DNA of 43,324 bases, taken from the NCBI GenBank assembly GCA_041572575.1, contig JBFFSH010000017.1, forward strand, positions 1 to 43,324, in the 5' to 3' direction. Within the stretch, counting starts at the first letter, position 1. Each line of letters starts with the position of its first letter. A program made the translations under genes and the position numbers. The notes under the pieces were generated by a model that saw only the letters and a program-made list of their open reading frames with translations, ran no database searches and was not told where the DNA came from. Positions 9,077 to 20,510 of the stretch are shown here, piece by piece. This DNA is from Thermodesulfobacteriota bacterium. Lineage in GTDB: Bacteria; Desulfobacterota_D; UBA1144; Nemesobacterales; N074bin48.

Positions 9077-10050
9077 GCAAATCTGAGTATAGTGATTATG
9101 TTTTAGAGCAACCCGGTGAAAGTATATACATAAGAGAAGTATATGGAAAAACACTGGTAGAGCTTGGAGCCAGTCACCCGGACATTGTGGTACTGGATGC
9201 CGATCTTACGGTTTCTACAAAAACCAATCTGTTTGGAAAAGAATATCCCGATAGATTTTTCACCATGGGAGTTTCAGAGCAGGATATGATGGCCACAGCC
9301 GCAGGTTTTGCCCTTGCCGGAAAGAGACCTTTTGCTAGTACTTTTGCTGTCTTTGCAACGGGAAGAGCCTGGGAGCATGTAAGACAATCTATAGCGTTTC
9401 CTAATTTGAATGTAAAGATTGTTGCCACCCATGCAGGGGTTACAGTTGGTGAGGATGGTGCCACACATCAAGCGCTTGAAGATATATGTCTTATGAGAGT
9501 GCTGCCCAATATGAGAGTCATTGTTCCAGCTGATGCCGTAGAAACTGAGCAGGTAATAAGGACAATGGCTGACAATGAAGGACCGGCATATGTTAGGCTT
9601 GCAAGAGCAAAGTTTCCCACTATTTATAATGATAAATATAAATTTGAGCTTGGAAAAGCAAGTATATTAAGACATGGAAATGATGTAGGAATATTTGCTG
9701 CGGGAATTATGGTAAGTGAAGCGTTGAATGCAGCAAAACTGCTCGAAGAAAAAGGGATAGACGCATGTGTAGTGAATCTTGCTACAATAAAACCTATTGA
9801 CATAGAAACAGTGGTTTCAGTAGCAGAAAAGACTGGAGCCGTTGTTACAGCAGAAGAACATAATATTATAGGTGGTCTTGGAGGAGCCGTTTCAGAGGTG
9901 CTATCCGAACACTGCCCTACACTTGTAAAGAGAATAGGTATGAAAGACCGTTTTGGTACATCCGGAAACGGTATGAAGCTGTTAGAATATTTTGGTCTCA
10001 AAGCTGCTAATATATCAGAGTCTTGTGAGCAGCTGCTTAAATCGAAATAA
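9073..10050 (+). CDS. Transketolase C-terminal subunit
   Basis: DADL..ST, GVSEQ, GEDGATHQ, EEHNIIGGLG; ATGA overlap with the N-terminal subunit gene. Confidence 0.94.
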   Translation: MSKSEYSDYVLEQPGESIYIREVYGKTLVELGASHPDIVVLDADLTVSTKTNLFGKEYPDRFFTMGVSEQDMMATAAGFALAGKRPFASTFAVFATGRAWEHVRQSIAFPNLNVKIVATHAGVTVGEDGATHQALEDICLMRVLPNMRVIVPADAVETEQVIRTMADNEGPAYVRLARAKFPTIYNDKYKFELGKASILRHGNDVGIFAAGIMVSEALNAAKLLEEKGIDACVVNLATIKPIDIETVVSVAEKTGAVVTAEEHNIIGGLGGAVSEVLSEHCPTLVKRIGMKDRFGTSGNGMKLLEYFGLKAANISESCEQLLKSK

Positions 10051-10147
10051 TATTACCTGCCTTATTTAAGAATATTTTCATTCTTTTTTTGTTTTATCTC
10101 AATTTACTTTCTATAATATTATTAAAAATAAATTTTAAGGTGTTTAT

Positions 10148-11275
10148 ATGAAAAAAATCTTACTTTTATTACTAATGCTTGTGTATGTGCCTGATGTATA
10201 TGGTGATGATGAAATTTATGAGGGGCTTTCAACTTTTACAAGGGTCTTGGATCTTGTAGAGAGAAACTATGTGGATGATATCAATAGCGCAGAACTGTCT
10301 GTAAATGCCATTGAAGGCATGCTTCAAAGCCTCGACCCCTACTCAGCATATTTAACTCCCGACAGATTCAAGGATTTGGAAGAAGGAACATCCGGAGAGT
10401 TTGGAGGGCTCGGTATGGAGATTACAGTTAAAGATGGAGTACTGACTGTGGTTTCTCCGCTAGAAGATACTCCTGCCTCAGCTGCAGGAATTGAAGCGGG
10501 TGATCAAATTATTGAAATAAACGGTAAATCTACAAGTAAGATGGTGGAGTTTGAAGCGGTAAAGCTTCTTAGAGGCCCTGTTGGTACCAGTGTTAACATT
10601 AAAGTGAAGAAAAAAGCAGACTCATCTACAAAGGTAATTGAGCTTGAAAGAAGCATTATTTATATTAAAAGCGTAAAATCAGAGCTTTTGGATAGAAACC
10701 TTGGCTATGTAAAACTTATTCAGTTTCAGGATAAAACTTCAGGCGAGCTTAAAAATGCAATAAAGAAATTACAGCAAGAAAATAATGATAAACTACAGGG
10801 ATTAATCCTGGATCTGAGAAACAACCCAGGGGGGTTGCTTACTCAGGCCGTAGAGGTAGTGGATGAGTTTATTGATGAAGGAATTATAGTAAGTGTTAAG
10901 GGTAGAAATTCTAACCAAAATCTTGATTACTATGCGACAAAGGGTGCCGAAACACATAAATTCCCAATTGTCATACTTGTAAACAATGGTAGTGCCAGTG
11001 CATCTGAGGTTGTTGCCGAAGCGCTTCAGGATTATGAAAGATCAACAATTGTTGGCACTAAAACCTTTGGCAAGGGATCAGTGCAGACAATAATCAGGCT
11101 TGAAGATGGTTCAGGGCTTAAGATTACAACAGCAAAATTTTATGCTCCAAGCGGAAGATCTATAAACAATGTCGGAGTTGTGCCGGATATAATTGTTGAG
11201 AATAAAGATGCTAAGAGTGACCTGCAGCTAAAAAGGGCAACAGAGCTTATCGCCAGTAAAACTTCAGCAAATTGA
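10148..11275 (+). CDS. ctpA: Carboxyl-terminal processing protease (S41A) with PDZ
   Basis: LDPYS, GEFGGLG, DLRNNPGG, SASASE, GKGSVQ; signal-peptide-like N terminus. Confidence 0.92.
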   Translation: MKKILLLLLMLVYVPDVYGDDEIYEGLSTFTRVLDLVERNYVDDINSAELSVNAIEGMLQSLDPYSAYLTPDRFKDLEEGTSGEFGGLGMEITVKDGVLTVVSPLEDTPASAAGIEAGDQIIEINGKSTSKMVEFEAVKLLRGPVGTSVNIKVKKKADSSTKVIELERSIIYIKSVKSELLDRNLGYVKLIQFQDKTSGELKNAIKKLQQENNDKLQGLILDLRNNPGGLLTQAVEVVDEFIDEGIIVSVKGRNSNQNLDYYATKGAETHKFPIVILVNNGSASASEVVAEALQDYERSTIVGTKTFGKGSVQTIIRLEDGSGLKITTAKFYAPSGRSINNVGVVPDIIVENKDAKSDLQLKRATELIASKTSAN

Positions 11276-11310
11276 ATTCAAAGCTATCAAAGTCTTTGGA
11301 GTAAAAATAG

Positions 11311-12624
11311 TTGGCAAGATCAAAGAAAAGACCTGCACCTAAACGAAAAAGAGTAAACCGCGCTAGGAAGAACAAAGGTAAACGAGTAATATTGGCTACT
11401 TTTAGTTTTATTGTCCTTGTAGCCATTACGCTTGCGGCGCTTAATTTGATAAATTCCGGTATCTCCCGTGATGAAAGCAGGGTAAGGATAACAGAGGATG
11501 AGCTTAGTAGTGAGATAAAGAAAATTGATTCCCGTTTAAACGAAATATTTAGTGAAATAGGTCTTAAGAAAGCTGAAATTATTTCTAAAAATAATTATAA
11601 AAGAAATAAAGACGATATAAACTGGGACTATAAAGAAGTTTCTATCAAAACAGATAATACTGATAAGTTTAATAAATTTAATAAAAAATTTGCAAGTCTT
11701 ACCGGACTTAAAAATATAACGACAACAGTAAAAAAGAACAAAAACTCTACAAACTCAAGCCTAGATATATTTACTCTATCAACTCATAAAATAAACTTCC
11801 ATTTAGAAATTCCAAAACCTGTTCCTGCAGAAGTTCCTTCTAAACCAGAGATAACCAAAAAAGAGATATCACCCACTGCAGTGCCGAATAGATCAAAGAC
11901 CAAGAGTGCAGCCGATGGTAAAGAGTTTGCGTTTTTGTATGGGCTTAAGACCAAACCAAAAATTGCAATAATCGTAGATGATATAGGCGCGAGCAAAAAA
12001 AGCATAGATGATCTGCTGAAAATTCCTGCTAGTATAAATATGGCCGTTTTACCCGACCTTAAGTATTCGCACTATGCAGCCAGTAGAGCCAACAGTAAAG
12101 GCTGGGACGTATTGCTCCATATGCCCATGGAGCCAAAGTATGCCTCGGGTTATACGGGTATCGATGCGGGTGAGAATGCGCTTCTTACAGGGCTTCCTAA
12201 AAAAGAGATAATGAAACTGGTTGAAAAGAACCTTGCAGCAGTTCCGCATATAAAGGGAGTAAATAATCACATGGGCTCTAAGTTTACTGAAAGCGATGAA
12301 CTTATGAATCTTGTTCTGAAAAAAGTGAAGAAAGAGGGACTGTTTTTTATAGATAGCAAGACATCACCACAGTCCAGAGGCTATGATGAGGCTAAAAAAC
12401 TTGGACTAAAAACTGCTGAGAGGGATGTGTTTTTGGATAAAGGCAAAGAGGGGGAGAGATTTATAAGAGCCAGAGTTAATGAGCTTCTTAGAATTTCTAA
12501 AAAACAGGGCTATGCAGTTGGAATTTGTCATCCCTACCCGCAGACAATTAGGGTTTTATCAGATATGATTCCAAAACTAAAAAATTATGTGGAGTTTATT
12601 CCAGCTTCACAAATAGTTAATTAA
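11311..12624 (+). CDS. Divergent polysaccharide deacetylase family protein (YibQ-like), membrane anchored
   Basis: IAIIVDDIG, LLHMPMEP, GVNNHMGS, FIDSKT, RDVFLD, GICHP; the usual ctpA neighbour. Confidence 0.9.
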   Translation: MARSKKRPAPKRKRVNRARKNKGKRVILATFSFIVLVAITLAALNLINSGISRDESRVRITEDELSSEIKKIDSRLNEIFSEIGLKKAEIISKNNYKRNKDDINWDYKEVSIKTDNTDKFNKFNKKFASLTGLKNITTTVKKNKNSTNSSLDIFTLSTHKINFHLEIPKPVPAEVPSKPEITKKEISPTAVPNRSKTKSAADGKEFAFLYGLKTKPKIAIIVDDIGASKKSIDDLLKIPASINMAVLPDLKYSHYAASRANSKGWDVLLHMPMEPKYASGYTGIDAGENALLTGLPKKEIMKLVEKNLAAVPHIKGVNNHMGSKFTESDELMNLVLKKVKKEGLFFIDSKTSPQSRGYDEAKKLGLKTAERDVFLDKGKEGERFIRARVNELLRISKKQGYAVGICHPYPQTIRVLSDMIPKLKNYVEFIPASQIVN

Positions 12625-12646
12625 ATATACAACTAAGGGGGTAATT

Positions 12647-12826
12647 ATGGGACTTATAGATACAGTAAGAGATCAAAGAGACTCCTGGATCAAGAGATTT
12701 GAAGAGCAAAGACAAGAATATAGCGATCCTGAAATAGATAAATTAAGTGATGAAGAGCAAGAAAGGATTATCCAGAGAAATAGAGAAAACGTTGGTAAAT
12801 TTTCTTTCGATAAAGACGATAAATAA
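12647..12826 (+). CDS. Hypothetical 59-aa highly charged protein (below ORF cutoff)
   Basis: AAGGGGG RBS 5 nt before ATG; MGLIDTVRDQRDSWIKRFEEQRQEYSDPEIDKLSDEEQERIIQRNRENVGKFSFDKDDK*. Confidence 0.72.
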   Translation: MGLIDTVRDQRDSWIKRFEEQRQEYSDPEIDKLSDEEQERIIQRNRENVGKFSFDKDDK

Positions 12827-12848
12827 TATTACAATCTAAACTACTTGC

Positions 12849-12877
12849 TTGACATATTAAAAGTATTGATTTACGTT
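12849..12877 (+). promoter_or_regulatory. Putative sigma70 promoter for dnaG-rpoD
   Basis: TTGACA-17 nt-TACGTT. Confidence 0.45.
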
Positions 12878-13034
12878 TTTAATACACTTCAATTAGGTCT
12901 ATGTAATTAATAATATTGGATTATTACTATAATATCATTTGAGTAGCAATACTTAAGTTTCATGTGTTTATGTTTGGTTTGTGGGGTGGTTGTTGCATTG
13001 TGAACAGCTTTGAATTTGTATCAAATTTAAGAGT

Positions 13035-14804
13035 ATGAACCAACACAGTGATATAGAAATAGTCCAGAATATTAAGGATAATTTAAGCATTGTAGACCAC
13101 ATTCAAAAGTTTATAAGCTTAAAAAATTCTGGCAGAGACTATCTTGGAGTTTGTCCGTTCCATGATGATCACAAACCCTCTATGAGGGTAAGTGATGATA
13201 AGGGGCTCTTTCACTGCTTTGCATGCGGAACCGGCGGAGACATAATCGGTTTTCATATGAAGTTCAATAACCTTGACTTTGTATCGGCTCTAAAAGAGCT
13301 TGCCGAGATTGCAGGAGTAGAGTTGCCATCAAGATCAAGCAAAACAAACGCTAAGCCCAATAACGAACTTTTATATAAAATAAATAATTTTACTCAAAAA
13401 ATATATTTAAAAAATTTGTATCAAACTCAAGAGGGTGAAAAAGCCTTGGATTACCTTGCTTCACGCGGATTAAAAAAAGAACTCATTGAGCAGTTTGGCC
13501 TTGGGTACAGTATAAACAGCTGGAACGATCTAAGCGATAGGATGATAGGCAAAAATGTTCCCCTTAACAAGGCTACAGAATTGGGTCTTGTTAATAAAAG
13601 CTCAAAATCTCAGAGTGGTTATTATGACAGGTTTAGAGGCAGGATAATATTCCCGATATTTGATCTTAATAATAAAATTGCCGGATTTGGCGGAAGGACT
13701 CTTTTTGATGATGATCCCAAGTATCTTAATTCACCTGAAAGCCCCTTATACAATAAAAGCAGTATTTTGTATGGTTTAAATGTAGCCAGAAATGATATAA
13801 GAAAAGAAAATAAAGTAATAATAGTTGAAGGCTATATTGATCTATTATCACTTTTCCAAAACGGCATTAAAAACGTAGTAGCAACCCTGGGCACATCGCT
13901 TACATCCAATCATGCAAAGCTTCTTAAGAGATTTTGCGAGAACATGGTGATAGTATATGATGGTGATAAATCAGGGGTAAGCGCTTCATTAAGAGCGCTT
14001 GATGTGTTTTTGAAACATGGAATTACTCCGTCTGTTGTAGTTTTACCCGAAAATGAAGACCCATCTTCTCTTGTAGAAAAGATTGGAAAAGACAAATTTA
14101 TAAACCTTATTGAAAATTCAAATTCTCTTATTGATTTTTATTTTGATAAGATATCAGAAGATTTCAACTCAGGGAGCAGGTCGAGAAATGTTATTATAAA
14201 AGAGCTTGTTGATAAGCTATCCCTTTATTCTGATTCCATTAGCAGAAGTGTTTACACCAAGAAGGCTGCGGAGCTGTTTGGTCTTAGAGAACAGGAAATT
14301 TATTCTCTTATCAATAACAAAAAGACGAGTGAAAAAAGCAAGCAGCCAGGCAATGCTTCAGAATCCACTTCATCTTATGAGCATATTTTCCTTAAGGTAC
14401 TCTTGCACTATCCACAGTATATAGAAAAAATTGTAGATGATGATATAGTTGATATGCTTGAAGACAGCAAAGTCCGGCAGATTGTTAAAATTTGCAGTGA
14501 ATCCGGCTTTAACAATACGGCTTCTATTATTAATCATTTGGATGACTCTCAAACTCAAAGAATAGTCTCAGAGCTGCTTTTATCATCAGAAGATATACAA
14601 AATGAAATTATTGCTGAACAGATTTTTGAACAATCCTATAAGAGAATAAAACTTAGCAGTATAAAAAAAGAGCAGCGAAAAATAAAATCACAGCTCAACA
14701 GTACTGGTAACAAAGAGCCTGATTATGAAATTGAACTGCTTAAAGAATATGACAATTTGGTAAAAATGGAAAAAAATCTAAGTGAGCAGGTTTATGGAGC
14801 TTAA
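13035..14804 (+). CDS. dnaG: DNA primase
   Basis: CPFH..CFAC zinc finger, [29 protein letters not shown] Toprim. Confidence 0.97.
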   Translation: MNQHSDIEIVQNIKDNLSIVDHIQKFISLKNSGRDYLGVCPFHDDHKPSMRVSDDKGLFHCFACGTGGDIIGFHMKFNNLDFVSALKELAEIAGVELPSRSSKTNAKPNNELLYKINNFTQKIYLKNLYQTQEGEKALDYLASRGLKKELIEQFGLGYSINSWNDLSDRMIGKNVPLNKATELGLVNKSSKSQSGYYDRFRGRIIFPIFDLNNKIAGFGGRTLFDDDPKYLNSPESPLYNKSSILYGLNVARNDIRKENKVIIVEGYIDLLSLFQNGIKNVVATLGTSLTSNHAKLLKRFCENMVIVYDGDKSGVSASLRALDVFLKHGITPSVVVLPENEDPSSLVEKIGKDKFINLIENSNSLIDFYFDKISEDFNSGSRSRNVIIKELVDKLSLYSDSISRSVYTKKAAELFGLREQEIYSLINNKKTSEKSKQPGNASESTSSYEHIFLKVLLHYPQYIEKIVDDDIVDMLEDSKVRQIVKICSESGFNNTASIINHLDDSQTQRIVSELLLSSEDIQNEIIAEQIFEQSYKRIKLSSIKKEQRKIKSQLNSTGNKEPDYEIELLKEYDNLVKMEKNLSEQVYGA

Positions 14805-16326
14805 CAAAAAACAAAATCAGGAGTTATCCGAGGTTACTGAAAAGCTCTCATCTGAACAATTTAAGGAGTTTGGTAACGGCGCTTCCGATAAGGACTCTTC
14901 TGAGACTGAAAATTCATCTTTTAATGAATCTTCGGATGATGAGGTTCAAAACAAGGACAACAAAAACTCCACCCCTCAGCAGGAAAGAAAAAATGGCAAT
15001 GAACATGATTTGATAAAATATTATCTTCATGAAATTTCAGGCCACACTCTTCTAACCAGAAAAGATGAAATTGATCTTGCAAAGAAAATAGAGCTTGGCA
15101 AAAAACTTATTGCAAGAGCTATACTTCCTTCATCTGTTCTCTTAAACGAAGTTATTAATATTGGCGAGAAAATCAGAGAGGGCAGTGTCGGGCTTAAGGA
15201 TTTTACTGACTCTTATTATGATGGTGCCGATGAATATGAAGAAGAGGATGTGCTTTACAGTATAAGAAGATCATTTCATTCCATAAAAAAACATCTAAAA
15301 GATAATGAAAATTTATTGAAGACGCAAAATGGAAATCAGCAAGAAGTACAGACCAAGATTAAAAATAATAATGATAAAATAATAAAAATCCTTGAAAATC
15401 TAAATCTCAGCTCAAATCAGATTAACAGGATAATCTCAGTGGGCATAAATGCAATTGAGAGTACAAATAATCTAGAAGAAGTGCCAAATAAAAAGTCATC
15501 AAAATCTAAAAAGAAAAATGAAGCAAATAAACATATAGAAGAGCTTAAAATATTAAAGAGGTCACTTAGAAAAATTCTAAGAGGTGAAAAAATTGCATCT
15601 GAAGCAAAGAGTGATCTTATAGAATCTAACCTGAGGCTTGTTGTGAGTATTGCAAGAAGATACATAAATCGAGGGTTTCCCTTCCTGGATTTAATACAGG
15701 AAGGAAATGTCGGGCTAATGAGAGCAGTAGAGAAGTTTGAATATTCAAGAGGCTATAAATTTTCCACATATGCAACATGGTGGATAAGACAGGCCATCAC
15801 ACGCTCACTTGCCGATCAGTCGAGGATCATAAGGATTCCTGTGCATATGACAGAAACCATAAATAAACTTCTAAGGGTTTCACGGTCTTTAGTACAGGAG
15901 CTTGGCAGAGAGCCAATGATAGAAGAAATTTCTGAAAAAGCAGGTATGCAGGTTGATAAAGTAGCAAGAGTGCTGAAAATAACCAAAGATCCAATATCTC
16001 TTGAAACCCCAATTGGTGATGAGGAAGACAGCAGGCTTATGGATTTTATTGAAGATGATAATTCACAATCACCCCTTGAAAATCTCGAGCATAAAGAGTT
16101 AAAGGGTTTAATAGACACCGCGCTTACAACTGCTCTTAGCAATAGAGAAGAGCTTATTGTCAGGATGAGGTTTGGAATAGATAAGGATAAAGAACATACA
16201 TTAGAAGAAGTCGGAAACGAGTTTTCTGTTACAAGGGAGCGTATAAGACAGATTGAAGTCAAAGCACTTAAAAAACTAAAAAGAGCAAACAGATCATTTC
16301 CTATGAAAAACTATCTTGAAAAATAA
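14794..16326 (+). CDS. rpoD: Primary sigma factor sigma70 (ATG at 14794 preferred over GTG at 14782)
   Basis: Region 1.2 [54 protein letters not shown]; follows dnaG. Confidence 0.95.
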   Translation: MELNKKQNQELSEVTEKLSSEQFKEFGNGASDKDSSETENSSFNESSDDEVQNKDNKNSTPQQERKNGNEHDLIKYYLHEISGHTLLTRKDEIDLAKKIELGKKLIARAILPSSVLLNEVINIGEKIREGSVGLKDFTDSYYDGADEYEEEDVLYSIRRSFHSIKKHLKDNENLLKTQNGNQQEVQTKIKNNNDKIIKILENLNLSSNQINRIISVGINAIESTNNLEEVPNKKSSKSKKKNEANKHIEELKILKRSLRKILRGEKIASEAKSDLIESNLRLVVSIARRYINRGFPFLDLIQEGNVGLMRAVEKFEYSRGYKFSTYATWWIRQAITRSLADQSRIIRIPVHMTETINKLLRVSRSLVQELGREPMIEEISEKAGMQVDKVARVLKITKDPISLETPIGDEEDSRLMDFIEDDNSQSPLENLEHKELKGLIDTALTTALSNREELIVRMRFGIDKDKEHTLEEVGNEFSVTRERIRQIEVKALKKLKRANRSFPMKNYLEK

Positions 16327-16336
16327 CCGCATTTTC

Positions 16337-17137
16337 CTAAGCGCTATTAACTTTTGTTAAAAAATTTAAAACTATTTCATTAAACTCTGCCGGTTTTTCT
16401 ATAGACGGCACGTGCCCGCAATTTTCTATTGTAATATACTCCGAACCTTCTATCTTTTCATGAAGTATGCTGGAATGTTTTGGTGGAATCAGTATATCTT
16501 CACTTCCGGCTATTATTAGTGTAGGGCATTTTATTTCCTGTATCCTGTGAGATAAATCATGATCAGCTGTTGCTTTTACAAGATTGATTATAGCCTCTGG
16601 AGAGTTTGCTATAAGATTGTTCTCTTTCATTTGTGATAAATTTTCTTCATTATTCCTAATAAATGTTTCAGAAAATATAACAGGAAGTGACATATCATAT
16701 CTGAATTCGTTTCCTCCAATCTCAGTTGCTTTTATCCATGTGTCTATCATAAGCTGCAATAGTTTATCTACATAACAGCATGTATCTACAAGGATAAGAG
16801 ATATTAACTTGTCAGGATATTTGAGAGCAAAATGCTGAGCGATCATTCCCCCGTTAGATAGCCCGATAAGATGAACTTTATCCACCCCCAGGACATCCAG
16901 GAGATTTTTAAGATCATCCGCATGCATTTCTTGCGAATAAGGATTAGCAGGTTTATCTGAAAGCCCCTGTCCTCTGCAGTCGTATCTTACGACTTTAAAG
17001 AATTGTGAGAAAAAAGGGGCCTGATAGCCCCAGCCATTTGTATCCATTGTGATACCATTTATAAATACAAGCGTCTGCTCTCCGCTTCCATCTATTTCAT
17101 AATTTAATTCTATTTCACCTGTTTTAGCTCTTGGCAT
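16337..17137 (-). CDS. Alpha/beta hydrolase (3-oxoadipate enol-lactonase-like)
   Basis: YDCRGQG.S, nucleophile GLSNGG, GSEDILIP, CGHVP. Confidence 0.85.
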   Translation of the reverse strand: MPRAKTGEIELNYEIDGSGEQTLVFINGITMDTNGWGYQAPFFSQFFKVVRYDCRGQGLSDKPANPYSQEMHADDLKNLLDVLGVDKVHLIGLSNGGMIAQHFALKYPDKLISLILVDTCCYVDKLLQLMIDTWIKATEIGGNEFRYDMSLPVIFSETFIRNNEENLSQMKENNLIANSPEAIINLVKATADHDLSHRIQEIKCPTLIIAGSEDILIPPKHSSILHEKIEGSEYITIENCGHVPSIEKPAEFNEIVLNFLTKVNSA

Positions 17138-17294
17138 ATATATTCATTTCTCCTGTTGCGGGCAATGATACAAATAATACGTAGACTTTGTAATAGTAGT
17201 TGTTTATATTATTCGTCTCAAAATTAATTTCAAAATATTTTGTAATATCGATATAGAGTGAGGATTTACTCTTACGTGATTAAGGAGGAACAAA

Positions 17295-18692
17295 ATGGCA
17301 AAGAGTGGTTATAGAACAGTATCGGATTCTATGGGAGAAATGGAAGTACCAAAGGATGCTTACTATGCAGCTCAGACTGCAAGAGCAATAGATAATTTTC
17401 CGGTAAGCGGAGTAGGACTCCCAAAAGAATTTATAAAAGCAATGGCGCTTATAAAGCTATCTGCTGCAGAGGCAAACATGAGTCTTGGGCTTCTGCCTAA
17501 AAATCTTGGCGACGCAATTATTAAAGCAGCAAAGGAAGTAGCTGATGGAAAGCTGGACAGCCAGTTTGTTGTAGATATTTTTCAGACAGGCTCAGGTACT
17601 TCTACAAATATGAACACAAATGAGGTGATCGCTACAAGGGCAAATGAGATTATAGGAAAATCAGCTAAAAAGATTCATCCTAATGATCATATTAACATGG
17701 GTCAGTCGAGCAATGACAGTATTCCCACTGCAATGCATGTTTCGGCTCTTACAGAGATACAAAATAGTCTTATACCTTCATTAAAAAAACTACAGAAATC
17801 ACTTTCCAAGAAAGCTAGGCAGTTTGATAAGATAGTAAAGATAGGAAGAACTCACCTGCAGGATGCAACCCCCATAAGGCTGGGGCAGGAATTTAGCGGC
17901 TATGCCAGTATGATTGAGCATGGAATAGCAAGGCTTGAGAAAGTGAAGGACGAACTCTCAGAGCTTCCAATTGGAGGTACTGCAGTTGGTACTGGTATCA
18001 ATACTCCAAAAAGATTTGGAAGTCTCATTGCAAGAAACTTAACAAAAATTACAAAAGTAAAATTCAGAGAAGCAGATAATCATTTTGAAGCACAGGCTTC
18101 CAAGGATGCAGTTGTTCAGACAAGTGCAACGCTTAAAACTATAGCAGTAAGTATGATGAAAATTGCTAATGATATCAGGTGGTTAGGAAGCGGCCCAAGA
18201 TGTGGTATAGGAGAGATTATGCTTCCAGCAGTACAGCCCGGCTCTTCTATAATGCCCGGTAAGGTAAACCCGGTAATTGCAGAATCAGTAACACAGGTAT
18301 CAGCTCAGGTGATTGGAAACGATGCGGCAATTACAATTGGCGGACAGTCTGGAAACTTCGAATTAAATGTAATGATGCCAATGATGGCAAATAATCTTTT
18401 AGAATCCATAAGGCTTCTTACTAATGTATCACACATATTTGCAGATAAATGTATTGACGGTATTGAGGCAGACAAAAAACGCTGCGAAGAGATGATAGAA
18501 AAGAGCCTTGCAATGTGTACAAGTCTTGCGCCAATTATCGGATATGATAACGCCGCAGCAATTGCTAAAGAGGCATATGCAACAGGAAAGACCGTTAGAG
18601 ATGTAGCGCTTGAAAAAAAGGTGATGCCGGAAAAAGAGCTTGCCAGGGTGCTTGACCCTTTTACCATGACTGAACCCGGTGTTCCCAAGTAA
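17295..18692 (+). CDS. fumC: Class II fumarate hydratase
   Basis: QTGSGTSTNMN, HPNDH, GRTHLQDATP, GSSIMPGKVNP; strong AAGGAGG RBS. Confidence 0.96.
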   Translation: MAKSGYRTVSDSMGEMEVPKDAYYAAQTARAIDNFPVSGVGLPKEFIKAMALIKLSAAEANMSLGLLPKNLGDAIIKAAKEVADGKLDSQFVVDIFQTGSGTSTNMNTNEVIATRANEIIGKSAKKIHPNDHINMGQSSNDSIPTAMHVSALTEIQNSLIPSLKKLQKSLSKKARQFDKIVKIGRTHLQDATPIRLGQEFSGYASMIEHGIARLEKVKDELSELPIGGTAVGTGINTPKRFGSLIARNLTKITKVKFREADNHFEAQASKDAVVQTSATLKTIAVSMMKIANDIRWLGSGPRCGIGEIMLPAVQPGSSIMPGKVNPVIAESVTQVSAQVIGNDAAITIGGQSGNFELNVMMPMMANNLLESIRLLTNVSHIFADKCIDGIEADKKRCEEMIEKSLAMCTSLAPIIGYDNAAAIAKEAYATGKTVRDVALEKKVMPEKELARVLDPFTMTEPGVPK

Positions 18693-18703
18693 TTTCTAAA
18701 ATA

Positions 18704-18733
18704 CAGAAGAAGGAGAGAATACTCCTTCTTCTG
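18704..18733. terminator. Perfect 12-bp hairpin after fumC (terminator or 3' stabilising stem)
   Basis: CAGAAGAAGGAG-AGAATA-CTCCTTCTTCTG; no clean U-tract on the + strand. Confidence 0.6.
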
Positions 18734-18910
18734 CTACATTAATATATATTATTTCAATATTTTATTCCTGTCTTAAGTTATGTTTATCCATTTGATATTC
18801 TAGTTCTATTGTTGGTTCAAAGAAACAATCTTCTCAGAATTCAGTTATATAGATTGAATCTATCTTCATAATTTTATATCTAAATTAGCAAACTGAAGGA
18901 AAGGAAATAG

Positions 18911-19678
18911 ATGAAACTATTAAAAGTATTTATCGTTATTATAGCTATTTTGTATCTTGGTGTACCTAATAGTGCAGCTGAGGAGTTTGATCATTCACAC
19001 AAAAATTACGACCAACTATTGCAGGATCAAGTAAAGGACGGCCTGGTAAACTATAAAGCCATTAAAGTAGATCCCGAGGTACTTAACGGCTACCTGGACA
19101 CTCTAGGAAAAGTTGAAAAAGCCACATTTAATGCATGGCCGGAAAAGGAGAGACTGACTTACTTAATAAACTTATATAACGCAGCAACAATAAAACTTAT
19201 AGTCGATAATTATCCTGTTAAGAGCATAAGAGATATAAATAAAGAAGGGGAGGGCCCCTGGAAATTGAATGTAGTAAACCTTTTTGGTAAAAAGATTTCT
19301 CTCGATGCGCTGGAACACGATATAATCAGAAAAAATTATAACGAACCGAGAATTCACTTTGCCCTAGTATGTGCAGCTCTTGGGTGTCCAAAGCTTCCTA
19401 ACTGGGCATTCGTTTCATTAAAACTTGAACAGCAGTTAGAAGCCCGAACTAAACTATATTTGGCAGATAAGAGTATTAATTACATTGATGAAGGTAATAA
19501 AACAATATATCTATCTTCAATATTCAACTGGTTTGCAGGTGACTTTAAAAAAACTCACAGCACGGTTCTGGATTTTGTAAAACAGTATTTACCTGCCGAT
19601 GAAGCTAATAAGCTCAATCCAAACTTTAGAGTGAATTATACCGAGTATGACTGGAACCTTAATGACAGCAGTAGGTAG
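18911..19678 (+). CDS. DUF547 domain secreted protein
   Basis: Signal peptide, INLYNA, EPRIHFALVCAALGCP, LSSIFNWF..DF, YDWNLND. Confidence 0.9.
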   Translation: MKLLKVFIVIIAILYLGVPNSAAEEFDHSHKNYDQLLQDQVKDGLVNYKAIKVDPEVLNGYLDTLGKVEKATFNAWPEKERLTYLINLYNAATIKLIVDNYPVKSIRDINKEGEGPWKLNVVNLFGKKISLDALEHDIIRKNYNEPRIHFALVCAALGCPKLPNWAFVSLKLEQQLEARTKLYLADKSINYIDEGNKTIYLSSIFNWFAGDFKKTHSTVLDFVKQYLPADEANKLNPNFRVNYTEYDWNLNDSSR

Positions 19679-19679
19679 A

Positions 19680-20492
19680 CTATTTGTATGCAGAAATTTC
19701 AGAGTCTTTATATAGAAAACTCAGATCTCTTATTACAAAGTCAGGCTTAGTTTTCGAAGATTTAATCTCTTCTGCCTTTGTTGATCCGGTGAGTGATAAA
19801 ATTGTAGAACAACCGGCTCTTTTCCCTCCTGCAATATCAGTATCCAGCCTGTCACCAATAACGGCTACCTTTTTATTGCTGGACAACAAATTCTTAGCTA
19901 TATCAAACATTATCCTTTTTGGTTTTCCTACTACAGTTGCCTTAGCAGATGAGGCAGTTTCTATTGCAGCCACAAGCGCACCTGTTGCAGGTACAAGACC
20001 TTCATGTGTTGGATAATACGGATCATTATTGGTTGCAAAAAATTTTGCACCGGCTCTTATGCAAAGCGTGGCCTTTTTTATATCATTATAGTCAACCTTA
20101 TTGTGCCCGCCGACTATTACAAAATCCGAGTTAACTTTTGAAATTTTTGTAATAAGTTTAAGCCCGGTTCTTTGTACTTCTTTTTTAAGATTATCTGAAC
20201 CAACGACAAAGGCTGTTTTTGATTTAGTATTATATTTGGTCTCGATATGCCTGGAGAGTGCAGATGCAGATGTGACTATATAGTTTGCAGGGATGTTTAT
20301 ATCGATACTTTTAAGTTTTTTGCAATACCCCACAGATGATCTTCTCGGGTCGTTTGTTATAAAGATTACTTCTTTTCCAGCTTTGGTAAGTTTTGTAATA
20401 ACTTGTGCTGCTTTATAAGTGGGGCTGTCTCCAACATATATCACTCCATCCAGATCAATTAAAAAGGAGTCGAATAAATCGGCAAGTTGCAT
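19680..20492 (-). CDS. HAD-IIA family phosphatase (NagD-like)
   Basis: DLDGV, VVGKP, IGDRLDTDI. Confidence 0.9.
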   Translation of the reverse strand: MQLADLFDSFLIDLDGVIYVGDSPTYKAAQVITKLTKAGKEVIFITNDPRRSSVGYCKKLKSIDINIPANYIVTSASALSRHIETKYNTKSKTAFVVGSDNLKKEVQRTGLKLITKISKVNSDFVIVGGHNKVDYNDIKKATLCIRAGAKFFATNNDPYYPTHEGLVPATGALVAAIETASSAKATVVGKPKRIMFDIAKNLLSSNKKVAVIGDRLDTDIAGGKRAGCSTILSLTGSTKAEEIKSSKTKPDFVIRDLSFLYKDSEISAYK

Positions 20493-20510
20493 AACTAAGC
20501 TTATTAAACT

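Noticed and set aside
8240..10050. Split transketolase as a frameshifted pseudogene
   Set aside because: Two-subunit transketolases are common; the second gene has its own RBS (GGAGAGG) and an ATGA overlap.
17254..17271. Small hairpin with GGA loop before the fumC RBS (possible CsrA site)
   Set aside because: Weak stem, and it does not match the ANGGA core.
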